From positions 10,912,001 through 10,976,000 of the forward strand of contig NC_047071.1 of NCBI RefSeq assembly GCF_902459465.1: a stretch of DNA of 64,000 nt, given 5' to 3'. A program made the translations under genes and the position numbers. Each line of letters opens with the position of its first letter. The first letter of the stretch is position 1. Source of the DNA: Asterias rubens. Its lineage: Eukaryota. The notes under the pieces were generated by a model. That model saw nothing but the letters and a program-made list of their open reading frames with translations, ran no database searches and had not been told where the DNA came from. Shown here one piece after another: positions 23,058 to 35,048 of this stretch.

Positions 23058-23411
23058 TTAAAGACACTTGGTGTATCTAATTACATGTATATGCATAAAA
23101 TAACAAACCTGTTAAAATTTGAGCTCAATTGGTCGTCGAAGTTGCGAGATATGAATGAAATAAAAAAACACCCTTGTCACACGAAGTTGTGTGCTTTTAG
23201 ATGCTTGATTTCGAGACCTCATATTCTAAACTTGAGGTCTCGAAATCAAATTCGTGGAAAATTACTTCTATCTCGAAAACTACGTCACTTCAGAGGGAGC
23301 CGTTTCTCGTAATGCTTTATACTATCAATTAATACCCATTTCTCGTTACCAAGTGAGGTTTTATGCTGACAATTATTTTTAGTAATTACCAATAGTGTCC
23401 ACTGCCTTTAA
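23058..23411. mobile_element. Kolobok/T2-type MITE family A
   Basis: Right TIR AATTACCAATAGTGTCCACTGCCT-TTAA; left end internally deleted. Confidence 0.8.
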
Positions 23412-24605
23412 GTGCCATTGTATCAGACATCAAGCACAGTCGCTTGAAGCCTGGTTCATTCTTCACACGAATGCGGAGCAAGTTGTGTGGCAAACATTAC
23501 CTAATGCTCTATTTTTCAATTATTGTGACTCAAGGAAGTTTGCTTCGGTTTTGCAATTCGCGTGGAGAATGAAGTGGCAAGGTATACTTAGTGTTATTTG
23601 CAGCCAAACACATTTAACTTTGGGAAGGTATTCCAGTAGCAGCAACCCTATCTATAATATAATCCTTGAGGCAATTTGTAGGAAAGTCAATATTTAAATA
23701 GTTAAAACACAAATAATAGACACGTGCCCAGGTGTACTGTATTGAAACACCTTTTACCTAATTTCTTAAAGCTGTTAAAGAGAACCACATTGCTTAGCAC
23801 AGAAGATTCTTGCTTAGCAAACATAGAGTACATCTGATTATGTCATGCAATCTACATTGTTTTTAGACTGAAACCCCTGTTTATGTGCTAAGCAAATTAT
23901 GTGCTCGGCAAATTCACCAAGCAATTTGTTTCTGATTTACCTTATGAAATGGGGCCTTGCCTTTTGGTCAATAAATAATTTTATGTACAAACTGTAGCCA
24001 CTTATGTACTTACTTTAGATGTAGAATATAATTTATTGTTGAGAATAGGTTTTATATGTACAAAATACATACATTTCTATTGAAATCTTCCTAGTTGTCG
24101 ATGCTATGTAGATGATTTGAAATAATTCTCACATTCCAAAAATTGTAACAAAATTCCAGGTGCCTTTTTAATTAACATGTAAATGAGAAAATAATGTCTC
24201 TATTTTTGTTAAGCATCCTTACTGATACATTGGAAATAAAAATAATTATTATACAATGTAAATTTGACAAATTTGTCATCTCATTGCCTTAGTCATTCTC
24301 CAGAACGGAATGCTTTAATCGAAGAACGATGGGGCGTTCTCTTTATTCAGTCGTGTAGACAATTAGAATCGAGCACTTCCTCGGCAAGTCACACAATCTG
24401 ACACCCTTCCCCCTTCCATCTCAGGATGAGTTCTCTGCAGTATGACAACGCTTAGTTCTCTCTTTGCACGGGTGTTGTCATCAAGGCAGGCAATAATAGT
24501 ATGGCAACCATAGTAAGGTCAAAAGGAGCATCTCACTGCCGTGACGAGCATTGTGCAAGTTTAGTTCTCGTTGGGCGAGACCTCTCTATGGTTGGTGATC
24601 TGATG

Positions 24606-24776
24606 CGGTGCGGCATGAGTTTCTGTCCCCCGGAGATTCTGTCCCCCATTACGGCGAACTGTGTACAATTAACTTCTGATAGCGCCCTCTTTTGAAACAT
24701 CCTCCTTCAGCCCATGTGAATTTCCCATTATGGGGGACAGCATCTCCGGTGGACAAATTTCCCTGGGACACCTGCA
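24606..24776. mobile_element. Small foldback MITE
   Basis: TGTCCCCCGGAGATTCTGTCCCCCAT versus ATGGGGGACAGCATCTCCGGTGGACA. Confidence 0.6.
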
Positions 24777-25293
24777 CAAAGGATGTTAGGGGTGGTTATT
24801 TGACTTCTCATCGTTGGTGAAAGTCCTTCAAGTCTTCTCCGGTCGATCTGGGTGAATGGTCATGTGCAAGTCAGTAGTAGAGAAGAACTGAGATGACACA
24901 GCTAGATCCTGATGACTTTTTGTGGTGAGTTTATGCTGATGAATGGGTTCTTCAAGCGAAATGTGACGCATCTCTTACCTGAGATCGCAGTTCTGGTGAA
25001 AAGGAAGGCTTCTTCGACGAAGGCTCTCCCCGGCAAACCTTGTACATACCTTAGCTTGGAGGAAGCCGACACTATAGCTTTGCGGCTTATGGTGAGACGT
25101 GGAGGAGTGGGTTTCGATCCACGTCCAAATTGTTTCGGAAAAACTTTCCATTTCAAATTGAACCTAGCCGAATGCTGAAAGCGCGGAACAGTCTTGGTGG
25201 GCCCTCTGTGGTAAATTCTGTGCTCCAATTTACTCGTGCAACGGGACAGGCGCCTAGGAGGATGTTTGTGTCAACACTCACTCCCCGCGCCGC

Positions 25294-26184
25294 TGTCGTA
25301 TGCAATTAAGTCCTCTATGCAATACTATCCGGAGGACATTATTGCATATGCAATAATGTCCGCCGGACGTTTTTTGCATAATATTATGTAATCGTGTTCG
25401 CCCGGACGCTGATGCTGCATAATCCAATTGTGTCCCCCGGTGTGGCGGTTTCAACTTTCCGCTGTGTTCAGTTTTCCGAATGACCAAATACGGCAGCATT
25501 ACGTCATGCGATGCCTGCGCACAGATAGCGAAAGTAGTCCATTTTTAGTGCCGTATTGAGTCATCCATTACCCTCCGGTAGCTGTCATGGCGGCGTCCAC
25601 GAGTCGAGTACAACTAGCGGCAAACGCGTGGATCGTATGAGTTGTTTTTTATGCAAGCAGAGTGTGACCTGCCTAAAGTTGTACCCATGAATACATGTAA
25701 AGATGGGGCAAGAGATTCAATTTGGGGGTCACTGCTGAGAGAACTACAGTACTCGCCAGGGTACTAGCGGCGGTATCTGACAGGTCACCCGGAAAACTGA
25801 ACACGCCGGAAAGCTAAAACCGTTCGAACAACGTGTTGATATGTCCGACTACGTCACCCGGAAAACTGAACACGGCGGATAACTGAAACCGCCACACCGG
25901 GACACATTTGCTTATGCAGTTGTGTCCGCCCCGTGTAAAACCGTCCTTGTAAATTAAACACCCTTGGTCGATGGAAAATGTTCACATTTTTTTACAAGCT
26001 AAGTGCATGTCATGAACTTACATGGGAAATGTTCGGCCGTTGGGTATTACGCGCGCACCAGTCATGTACATGTCCGCCGGACGGTTATTGCACGGTTATT
26101 GCACGCGCCCCGGACACGATTGCATAAAATGCAAAAGTGTCCGGAGCGGACAGTATTGCATGGCGGACACAATTGCATCTGACA
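25294..26184. mobile_element. Ginger1-like non-autonomous element (host), 4-bp TSD CCGC
   Basis: CCGC|TGTCGTATGCAATT ... AATTGCATCTGACA|CCGC; colinear (inverted) with 42445-42958 after removing 25441-25900. Confidence 0.75.
25441..25896. mobile_element. Second Ginger1-like MITE nested in the first, TSD CCGG
   Basis: CCGG|TGTGGCGGTTTCA... ~44-bp imperfect TIR ...TGAAACCGCCACA|CCGG. Confidence 0.8.
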
Positions 26185-27308
26185 CCGCCCTCCCTCCCCC
26201 GTCTGTCTATGGTGAATCAACACATTCGCTCGACCCCAGCAGCGGCCAGTCTATCCAGGAACGCTGGATGGGCTAATCGCTTGCCCAGATTCTTGTTCAG
26301 GAAGTACGTCATGCGTCCAGTGCATAGAAATATGATGCAGTGCGAGTGTGATGCATGATGGGACTGCGCATTATTTAACCAATGATATGCATGATACGTT
26401 TGCCCATCCCAGCGCCTTTGGTTAAAGCATGGAGGAAAAAGCAAGGCGCTGGGGACGAGCGAACTACGGACATTGAAGAAACAGAGTCAAAAGAGGGCGC
26501 TTACAGACCTAATTCGGACTTGCGTGAACCATGGGAAAACGTCCCCGCCCCCTGTGAAAACTACCTACCCAAATCCAAACGCTTGTAATTACTTTCAATG
26601 TAAAAAAAAAAAATAGATTGTCGTCCATAGTTATAAGGTCACTTTTGCTATTTGGAATTACTTAAAATGTTCAACTTGAAAACTATCCCTTGCCCCCCCC
26701 CCCTATCAAAATAGCTATTTTGGTATAGTGACGTTATACTAAGGGGAATGCAATTGCAAGCTCAAATTAATATTGGTCAGTCCCATCTTGGAAGCGGGTA
26801 TCAAGGTGTGTGGGATCCGGGGCCCACCCAAGGGCCAACGGTGTGATTCTACTTAAAAATAGACACTTTCCCTTGATTTTGAGGTGTTTTAGAGTTACCC
26901 GACTACGAAGTCAATTTTATGGGTTTTTTACTCTCTCTGTAGTCTCATAAAATTGCGTTTCATTATTTATCTTTCCATCTAATCGTAAAGTGTACATTTT
27001 TTGTTTACTGCACTACGTGATTGGTTGATTCGGAGCATTTTCTAATTAAGACCATTATCCAAGGGAATTTGTGTCAAGCAAACGTCAGAGAGATGCAACT
27101 TGTGATTATGTCGGCAAATTGTTTACAGTAAGTGTAAACAACGTGCTTACCAATGTGGGTGTTGTCAAAGCTGTGTGAAAGGGGCGGGGCCTACCGGTGA
27201 ATTTTGTTGTGTCAATGTTGGGAACCACAAACAACGGTTGAACTTGTAGCGGGCTACCGGCCAACTAAAGGGTCCGGGTGGGGGGATTCACATATTTATG
27301 ATTCAGCA

Positions 27309-27490
27309 AATACCCAACGGCCGAATATTTCCCATGTCATTAATGACATGCACTTAGTTAGCTTGTAAAAAAAAGTGGCGAACGTGTTCTGTCGACCAAT
27401 GGCGTTTAATTTACTGCAATAGACGGTTTTGCACGGGGGCGGACACAACTGCATATGCAAATGTGTCCGGGCGGATACAATTGTATTATG
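27309..27490. mobile_element. Internal fragment of the host Ginger-like family, inverted relative to 25905-26050
   Basis: AATACCCAACGGCCGAA...GGACACAACTGCATATGCAAATGTGTCC is the reverse complement of the 25.9-26.05 kb segment. Confidence 0.75.
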
Positions 27491-27654
27491 CCTGCCATGG
27501 GCTTGCTCTGAGTCCTGAACGTGTTCGTCACTAAAGTTCAGTCACGTCATTTTCTTAGACAAAGAAGCATGACACCAACGTGCAGTTGTGATTGATTTGT
27601 TGTGTTAGGTGAGGTTTCCGTGATGATAGCACCATAATCCCGTTTATGTAGCGT

Positions 27655-27830
27655 TTGGTTCTGAAAAGAACCAGTGGTTGACAACTCAGCCTAATAAAGA
27701 CGATCTGAGCATTAATACTAATCGAAACATTGAGAAGTCAACCACTGGTTCTTTTCATAACCACACATGGGGCTACCGGAAACCTCAGACCCCCAACCAA
27801 GTTTCAAATCCTACTAATTCGTTGTTTGTA
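27655..27830 (+). mobile_element. Hammerhead-bearing element copy with inverted terminal duplication
   Basis: AAAGAC-GATCTG...CTAATC-GAAAC-ATT-GAG flanked by the inverted repeat GGTTCTGAAAAGAACCAGTGGTTGAC / GTCAACCACTGGTTCTTTTCATAACC; tail ends AAGTTTCAAATCC. Confidence 0.6.
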
Positions 27831-28329
27831 TGATTGCTGTGCCATGCTTCCGATGATCGATTAAGAGAAGTTTCTCGTCAAAATGCAGAAAACTATACGT
27901 TCATTGTTGAAATTCCTGGACTGACAAGATAAGAACTAAAAAATAATGTACCATATCCGGCCCCAAAGAAAATAATTTTTTATCTTGGAATGTTTGTGTC
28001 CTTCCAAAATTACTCTGTAATAGAGTTAATACTCCGAAGTTGAACTTTGAAGCTGTTTAAAATAAGGAAAACGAAGAAAGAGGGAATACAAAACTGTTTT
28101 CCGCTCAAAGCGTTTTCCAAAGAAACTCTTAAAAGAGCGCGAAAGGTAACTACATGTCGCTAACCGGATAAAATAAAATAAACATCGGCTATAATAGTTT
28201 CATTATAAGCATACCACACAGGTACAAAAAGACCCGCGAATTATCTGAGGAGCAGTTCACTGAACAGAAAAACACAAAGAGTGGGGTTTTACAGACAGCA
28301 TGTGCAATGGCCTATGCAATGTTATGATG

Positions 28330-28435
28330 ACTTGCGGTCAAAGGTTGATATTTACGTACATATGATTAAGGCCGGCCAATCAGAATGACTCTACGTGACT
28401 GCTATTATTTACAGTCGTGCACCCCGCCCACTTCT
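28330..28435 (+). promoter_or_regulatory. KLF proximal promoter motif cluster
   Basis: DR1-like CGGTCA-A-AGGTTG (28335-28347), TTTACGTA, CCAAT (28376), TACGTG (28392), GC box CCCCGCCC (28422). Confidence 0.5.
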
Positions 28436-28865
28436 CAACCACATGTGTATGTACATACATAGTACTAGTCATGTACAATATTACATGTACGTATACGAAA
28501 CGGTAGGGTCTTTGTGCCTTTTGGTAACAATAGAAACGGCGCGAGTCTCCAGTCTCACGCACACACTATTTGGCACACACACCTCCGATCCACACCGGCC
28601 TCTAAAAACACTCATAAAGATTTATGTTGGTGAAACATGAGGAAAGAGCTCTCGATCGGTCTGTTTTTCGTCTGCAATTTGGGAACGAATTTCGTCTTGT
28701 AAGGTGTGTTTGATATTTTTCATTTTCCCTGCGTGGATACAGTCTCGAGAGTGTTTTGTTTTTTAACTACGCAACGCCACCCAGCTGATTTGACAGCTGG
28801 CCTGACCTTCCGTGTATCAATTACATATACGTACATCAGAAACATCGTCAGTTCACTCGGCCGTC

Positions 28866-29433
28866 ATGACCAACCACCAGACAAATTTCGACTACGGACA
28901 GCCAGATATGGATGTGACATCGGCAGCCGAATGTCTTCTAGCGATTGCCAAGTCCAGACCACCCTGGAAACCCCCGGTAATCGCACCGATTCCACGGCCA
29001 GTCGACATGGGATTCAACCCTCTTACACCGTACGATTTCCACGCACAATCTGTGACGCAGGACAGTGAATTGGCCCAACTGCCAAATCCTTTGTTCATGG
29101 TGGCTAGGATACTGGCTGATTTAGAGACGTATAAGAACCGAGAACTTGCCCCTTCCCCGATCAGTGATTGCTCCAGCTCTATCGAACTCAGCCAAGAACA
29201 TTTTACACCGTCTGGGAGGAAATCTAAGGGTAGAAAGACGACAAAACGTAAGGACAGAAAATCGAACACGTGCGACGGAAAAGTCGAGTCGGGACAAAGA
29301 AAGCGCAAGAAGAGATCCTCCCACCATGGGCCTGACGGCGCCCCCCTCAAAAAACACAAGTGCGACTATGCTGGATGTGACAAAATCTACGGGAAATCGT
29401 CTCATCTGAAAGCCCATCTCAGAACACATACTG
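28866..29433 (+). CDS. KLF13: Krueppel-like factor, KLF9/13 subfamily, exon 1
   Basis: AAECLLAIA Sin3-interaction motif, basic NLS RKRKKR, ZF1 [26 protein letters not shown]; donor G|gtaaga. Confidence 0.9.
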
Positions 29434-32400
29434 GTAAGAGAGATTTTCTTTTCCATAACATGACTTTTCTTTTTAATTTGGCTTTGAGAAAAATGTTTAG
29501 GTGCACACCATGCATGGACATGTTGTGTATTGTGCGAGCACGTGTGAGAACACCACGTTGTTAACAACGGGACGTTTCGCAATGAGTTATGTACATGTAC
29601 AGTACACTATCTACACGAGGAAACCACAACAAAGGCCATGCGGTTTGTTAGCATGTATTTGGCTGCAGCATTTGGAAAAGTTTCCGTATGGCGCCACCAC
29701 TTTTTCATTCGAAATAAAATAATATAGTATCTAATTTACCTGATTGATATATCCCTTTTTGTAAAAATGAGTGAAAAAGTGGTGGCGCCATACGGAAAGT
29801 TATCCGTAATTCTTTAAGATCTTAAACTTATAAGTTCTTATTCAAGTCTGTTAATTCCCCGTGTCACACAAGCAGCTGGTAAGGATACTCTATCGACCAA
29901 CGTGCCCTCCACCAATGCCCCCCTGTTTATCAGACAAGACTTTCCATTAATCCCACGTGGTTCTACCATGGTCCTCACTAATGATCCGATTACTATACGA
30001 TTAAGAGCGGATTATGACCAGAAACAGCACCCATTATTAAAGGAGTAGTATAGTGAGTGACAAAGAAAATACAACACATGCCTAGTACTTGTTGTGTGAA
30101 AGTCCTAATTGTAAAACCACAAGTTGGTCCAACTTTGCAAAAGGGATATAATAAAGATGTCTAGCAAGACCAAGAGTTTATCCACAGAAATTACAAGTCC
30201 AGTTTTGTTTGAGTTAATACAAAGTGGTTAAGAAGATGTACTGTCCCTCCTTGAGCTACACATGTCACAGAACTGAAGTAGGTAATGAATAGGCCTACAC
30301 GATTTAAATGAAGCTGATTGTATCTTGTTCAATTGTGCGGGTTCAACCATGGAGGTAGTTCAACCATGGAATAGAGGATGGGACTGTTCAATTGCTCTCT
30401 TGTTCAACTAGGGATTAACTTCTTCTCTCCACGTTTTCACTGTTTCAACTGTAGTAGGCCTACACGTGGTCTGCTCAGTTACTTTTGCGCCACGTAAGAA
30501 ATGCCCCGCCCCCCCCCTCCAACTAACCCACGAATCCCACAAACACTGAAAACACGTGTGTTGTTTGTAAGGGGCACCATGGAGGTAGGGGACACTAAGA
30601 CAATGAGCAGGGGCAACGACTGCCTCCTTGAAATAATTACTATAGGCCTGCGTCTAATTATCCTAAGAAGTTGCCCCCTCCCACCTCCAACTTGCCCACG
30701 AATCTAACACACACAGCAAACACGAGTTATGTCTGTGTCCACATTTCAAGGGGCATCAAGACAAAGACCAGGGGCCAATGAAGGTAACTGCCCCCTCCAC
30801 TGTTGAAGTATTAGGCATGCATATCATCTTAAAGAAGGAGAAGAAGAACAAAGAAGAACAAAACTGTTAAAATTATTTTCGACATGTGTTGTTTTTCCCA
30901 GATGTTTATCTACTTCAAATATTATTTAGTACTGAGAATTCAAAGTTGTAAAGTGACGTAATGGGGCGTGAAGATTTTATGGTGCCAGTGTCTGGGTGCG
31001 TTTGTGTTTGATTTGAGAACACAGTCTTTTCATGTGGCGGTTTCTAAAATCCTGGTTGTTTTCCAAAGTCTGAAATTACTTGAGCATAAACAAGTTTCCT
31101 TTGTTATGTGTTGACTACGTATATGACCACAGCCAGTAGTCAACAATTAGTTGTGTTCACAGAACGATAGCCTGCCATTGTTGGTTAATTCATGTTGAGA
31201 AAACTGGCAGTTAAAACCTTCTTGTTGTTACCCCAAGAAAATAAAATCTTCACAGTGGTTCGAAATTAAATTTAAGAAATTAAATGCCCTGCCCTTTTAT
31301 CGATTCTGGGGCTGCATCGCTATGCCAAACATTTTCAGGATATTTAAATCATCCTCAGATAGTCTTTACAACATACCTCGATTTATTGATTGTTACCCTA
31401 CTTGAATATTAAACAGGCGAAGCTGAGAAGTTTCGTTTTGTATTGTTCGAGAGGCTTATGGCAAGGCGGTCTTGTATGTATACTGTCTTGTTTCTTTTGA
31501 GTCGATATATTTACGTAATTGCAGTTTGGACTCTAGAACAGACCAGGGCTGAGTTGCCCGGTTGCAAGGCATAGCTTTTGTACTGGGCCAAACTACAAGT
31601 ACACACCACAATGTATTGTGCGTTCTTGTTTGCATGAACCCAAAATAATTCACAAAGTTAGACGCCGCCCATTTTTTTTTTTCTGTTGCCAAAAAGGCAA
31701 ATACTGCAGCATATAAATAATAGGAAGCCACAATCACCAGTATAATGAAATGGATGATTGATCTCATAAAGTGAAGTGCAAAACAAAAGATTTAACTTTT
31801 TTTGGTGGAGGATCACGACTCGTAGGGGGCCTATCTGTTGATGTTTGTCGTTGAAGTTGGTGTGTGTATGTGCGTGGTGGACTTAAAAGGGGGCGTGGTG
31901 ACTCGAGGTCTTAAACGCACAATATGCGGAGGCATACCGCCTTCGTAATTTGATGTTCTCAGTGGGACTAGTTAAAAAAAATTCATGGTTAAGTAAGACG
32001 TCATTGCGTGATGCGATGAGGGTTTGTCTTTTGTATGAATGGCGACCGTGAATAATGATGATCTCTTTGTTGTAATGTCTTCGCTTTATTTCATCAGACT
32101 ATTGCAACACAACATGCAATGTTAAAGTTGCTGTTGATGCAATTTAGTGTTCTCTGTGTGGTGATGTCATCATTTTCTAAACTATTGATCACTACGAAAA
32201 TATTACTTGCAACATTTGTGTTTTACTTTTGGAAGAAAACAAAATGACATTAATTTGAGCGTGTATGCTAGGCGCCGAATGAATAAAAATGAACACATGT
32301 GTTGACTTTGCAAATTGTTGTACTGGAAACGGAGCCCTTATCTGATTTCATTTTATAACCCGTTGGTTGACCTGACCCCTTCGGTTTTAACCCAGCAATG

Positions 32401-33149
32401 TACATGTTTCTGCAGACTACATGGGCTCATGTGGACGAAAGCTAAATAATATGTCTTGGGCTTTTGCACTTTTTAGAGAACCTACACCATGGACAGTTTT
32501 ATTTTCCTCTCCCACCCCACCCCTTGATTACACCCGTTCCTACATTGACACTGAACACCGCTTTGTGGACAGACACCAGGTGATGATAATCCACCTTTTA
32601 GTGGTAAGCACAAAGACAAATGCTATGGGTTTGCTTAGCTAAAAGGTTAGAATCTTGTGTTTACCATGCCGCGTGGCGGTGGCCCTGTACATGTACTGGC
32701 CGACATCCTCCATTCCAACACAAAAGCTATAGCTGGCTGAGGGATTATACACAAAACGTGTGACTGTGAGCTCGCTGTGGTAAACACGACCATACCATAA
32801 TACACAGTGTCACAACACTTTGATTATTTTCATGTTTTCCAACCATGACAAGAGGAGGGAGGACGAGAGAAAACCGTGTACCTGCTCAATATATAAATAT
32901 ATCATTTTTAATTGCACCCTTTCCCTTAAAAACAAAATTGCAAGCTCAGAAGTGGGTGACTAGCAACCAGCCTGAGTATGGCGGGGGATTTAAAGCTTTC
33001 GCAACGATCGAACATAGTTGCGCAACCAGAAAAACAAGTCCTTTGTCTGGATTATGGATCTGATGTGCATTGAGTTTGTCCAGCAATTTCTAGCGGTTGT
33101 GAAACCATACAAGTATAAAACCAAAGACCCATGTATATACATGTACACC

Positions 33150-33543
33150 TTGAAGGCAGTGGACACTAATGGTAAATACTCAAAATAATTATTATCATAA
33201 AACCTTTCTTGATTGCGAGTAATGGGGAGAGGTTGATAGTATAAAACATTGTGGGAAACAGCTCCCTCTGAAGTGACGTAGTGTTCGAGAAAGAAGTAAT
33301 TTTCCACGAATTTGATTTCGAGAACTCAAATTTAGAATTTGAGGTCTTCGAAATCAAGCATATAAAAGCACAACTTCGTGTGACCATGGTGTTTTTTTCT
33401 TTTATTAATATCTTGCAACAGCGACGACCAATTAAGGTCAAATTAATTTTTCACAGGTTTGTTATTTTATGCATATGTTGAGATACACCAAGTGAAAAGA
33501 CTGGTCTTCTTTCACAATTACCAATAGTGTCCACTGCCTTTAA
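33150..33543. mobile_element. Kolobok/T2-type MITE family A in the KLF intron
   Basis: AGGCAGTGGACACTAATGGTAA ... TTACCAATAGTGTCCACTGCCT-TTAA. Confidence 0.85.
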
Positions 33544-34884
33544 GTAGTACTAGTTGAATAATTGAAACCAACAAGGACCCATGTACCTTCAGTATCATGA
33601 GTACTAGTTTGAAACAGTGATATGAACCAAGGAACAGAATGTTGCACCCACAGCAAAATGAATGTGACCGGACTGTTCATACACGAGGTTTTTAGAACCA
33701 CGTGTTTTGTTGTGGGCTGTCTAACTCCGTCGGTATATTACGCGCGAAGACTTGAAATGGGTTTTATGCCCATTTTTGATATCCCACTTGTTGGATGTCC
33801 CCTGTTTCGGATGTGACCCGTATGTGCCCCCCCCCCCCCACCCTTCGAGATATCGAATGTCACTCATCGTAGAAGTGGCACTGGCAACCACAAACGTTTG
33901 CAAAACGTCTGGCGATAACGCCTGCTTGTGTCAATCCATACAGGGGGCAAAGGTCAGCCGAGTTATTCAAAGTTGCTAAAGATAGCCTGTCACTCATTTT
34001 ACTGCTATTAAAATCTCTTTTAAGATAAATCGATGGTATCACTGTTAATAATATTATAATTTGTTTGGTATGCTTTCATTGTTGGCAGACAGGTTGAAAC
34101 ACTACGCACATAAGTTGTTTTTGTATCTACCAGGGGCCAATTTCATATGACTGCTTAAAGCGCAATTAAAGAGCAGCTTTAGCACAACAAAATTATGCTC
34201 ATACAAGAATAAGGTTTCCAGTCAAAATACCATATCCTTTGTACCATTTGTGTATGGTATCCTGCTTGTTTCTGCTATCACAAAACATGTTTAGTATAAG
34301 CAGCGCTATGAAATTGGGGGCCCTGTTTAATTGGAGACTTGCTATGAGGGGCCAAAGTTATTTTTAGTTGTTTGCGAAACGCAAGTGATTTACACAAAGA
34401 CTTTATATCAGTACACAAAATGAAGGAAACATGTCTGAAGAAACAAAAAAATACTGGCGAACTATGAATAAACCTTGACCCATACGACCGCGAAGTTAAC
34501 CAAAAGACACAGGAGCCCACACTTCAAATGCCTATGACCTGGCTGCCACGCCCCCCACTCTATCCATATCACCAACACACGGTGACACGAACAAAGAAAT
34601 GGCTCTAGAAATAACTGCGGGCCGCACGTGCTTGCGTATAATAGTAGTACATTATTTTCAAACCTGGCTCGACTTTTTGGCACTGACTTTTTAAAACCTC
34701 TTACGATTAAATTAAAGATAACTTCGTGTTTTGGGGTTGTTTTGAAGCAATTGTTTTTAGTTGAGGAAGTTTATTGAAAGAATTTCTCTTTTTTTTATTT
34801 GGGCACAACTTGGGCAAACCATGGATGCAAATGCTTACATCCATGGGTTGCCCAAGTTGTGCCCAAACAATTCTACTATGTGTA

Positions 34885-35048
34885 GGATTTGAAACTTTGA
34901 AACTTTGCATGATGGAAATACGATATTATAGAAAGGTTTGCGGTAACACCATGTAATGACTATCTCTAGTGAGTTGGGGTGGTTCTGAAAAGAACCGTTG
35001 GTTTCAACTCGACGTTTCGATCAGTATGCTCTGATCGTCTTCTGGAGA
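34885..35048 (-). mobile_element. 164-bp hammerhead-bearing insertion with a 16-bp TSD
   Basis: AATTCTACTATGTGTA at 34869-34884 and 35049-35064; hammerhead-like fold at 35008-35047. Confidence 0.85.
35008..35047 (-). ncRNA. Minimal hammerhead-like ribozyme variant
   Basis: CUC-CAGAAGAC-GAUCAG(AGCAUA)CUGAUC-GAAAC-GUC-GAG: perfect 6-bp stem II and stem I CUC/GAG. Confidence 0.65.

Noticed and set aside
22965-23312. ORFs such as KFELNWSSKLRD...KLCAFRCLISR (also 33166-33441, 46582-46818, 47499-47795, 52053-52361, 57182-57427)
   Set aside because: Chance ORFs in copies of MITE family A; they are similar only because the repeat is shared, and no transposase motifs are present.
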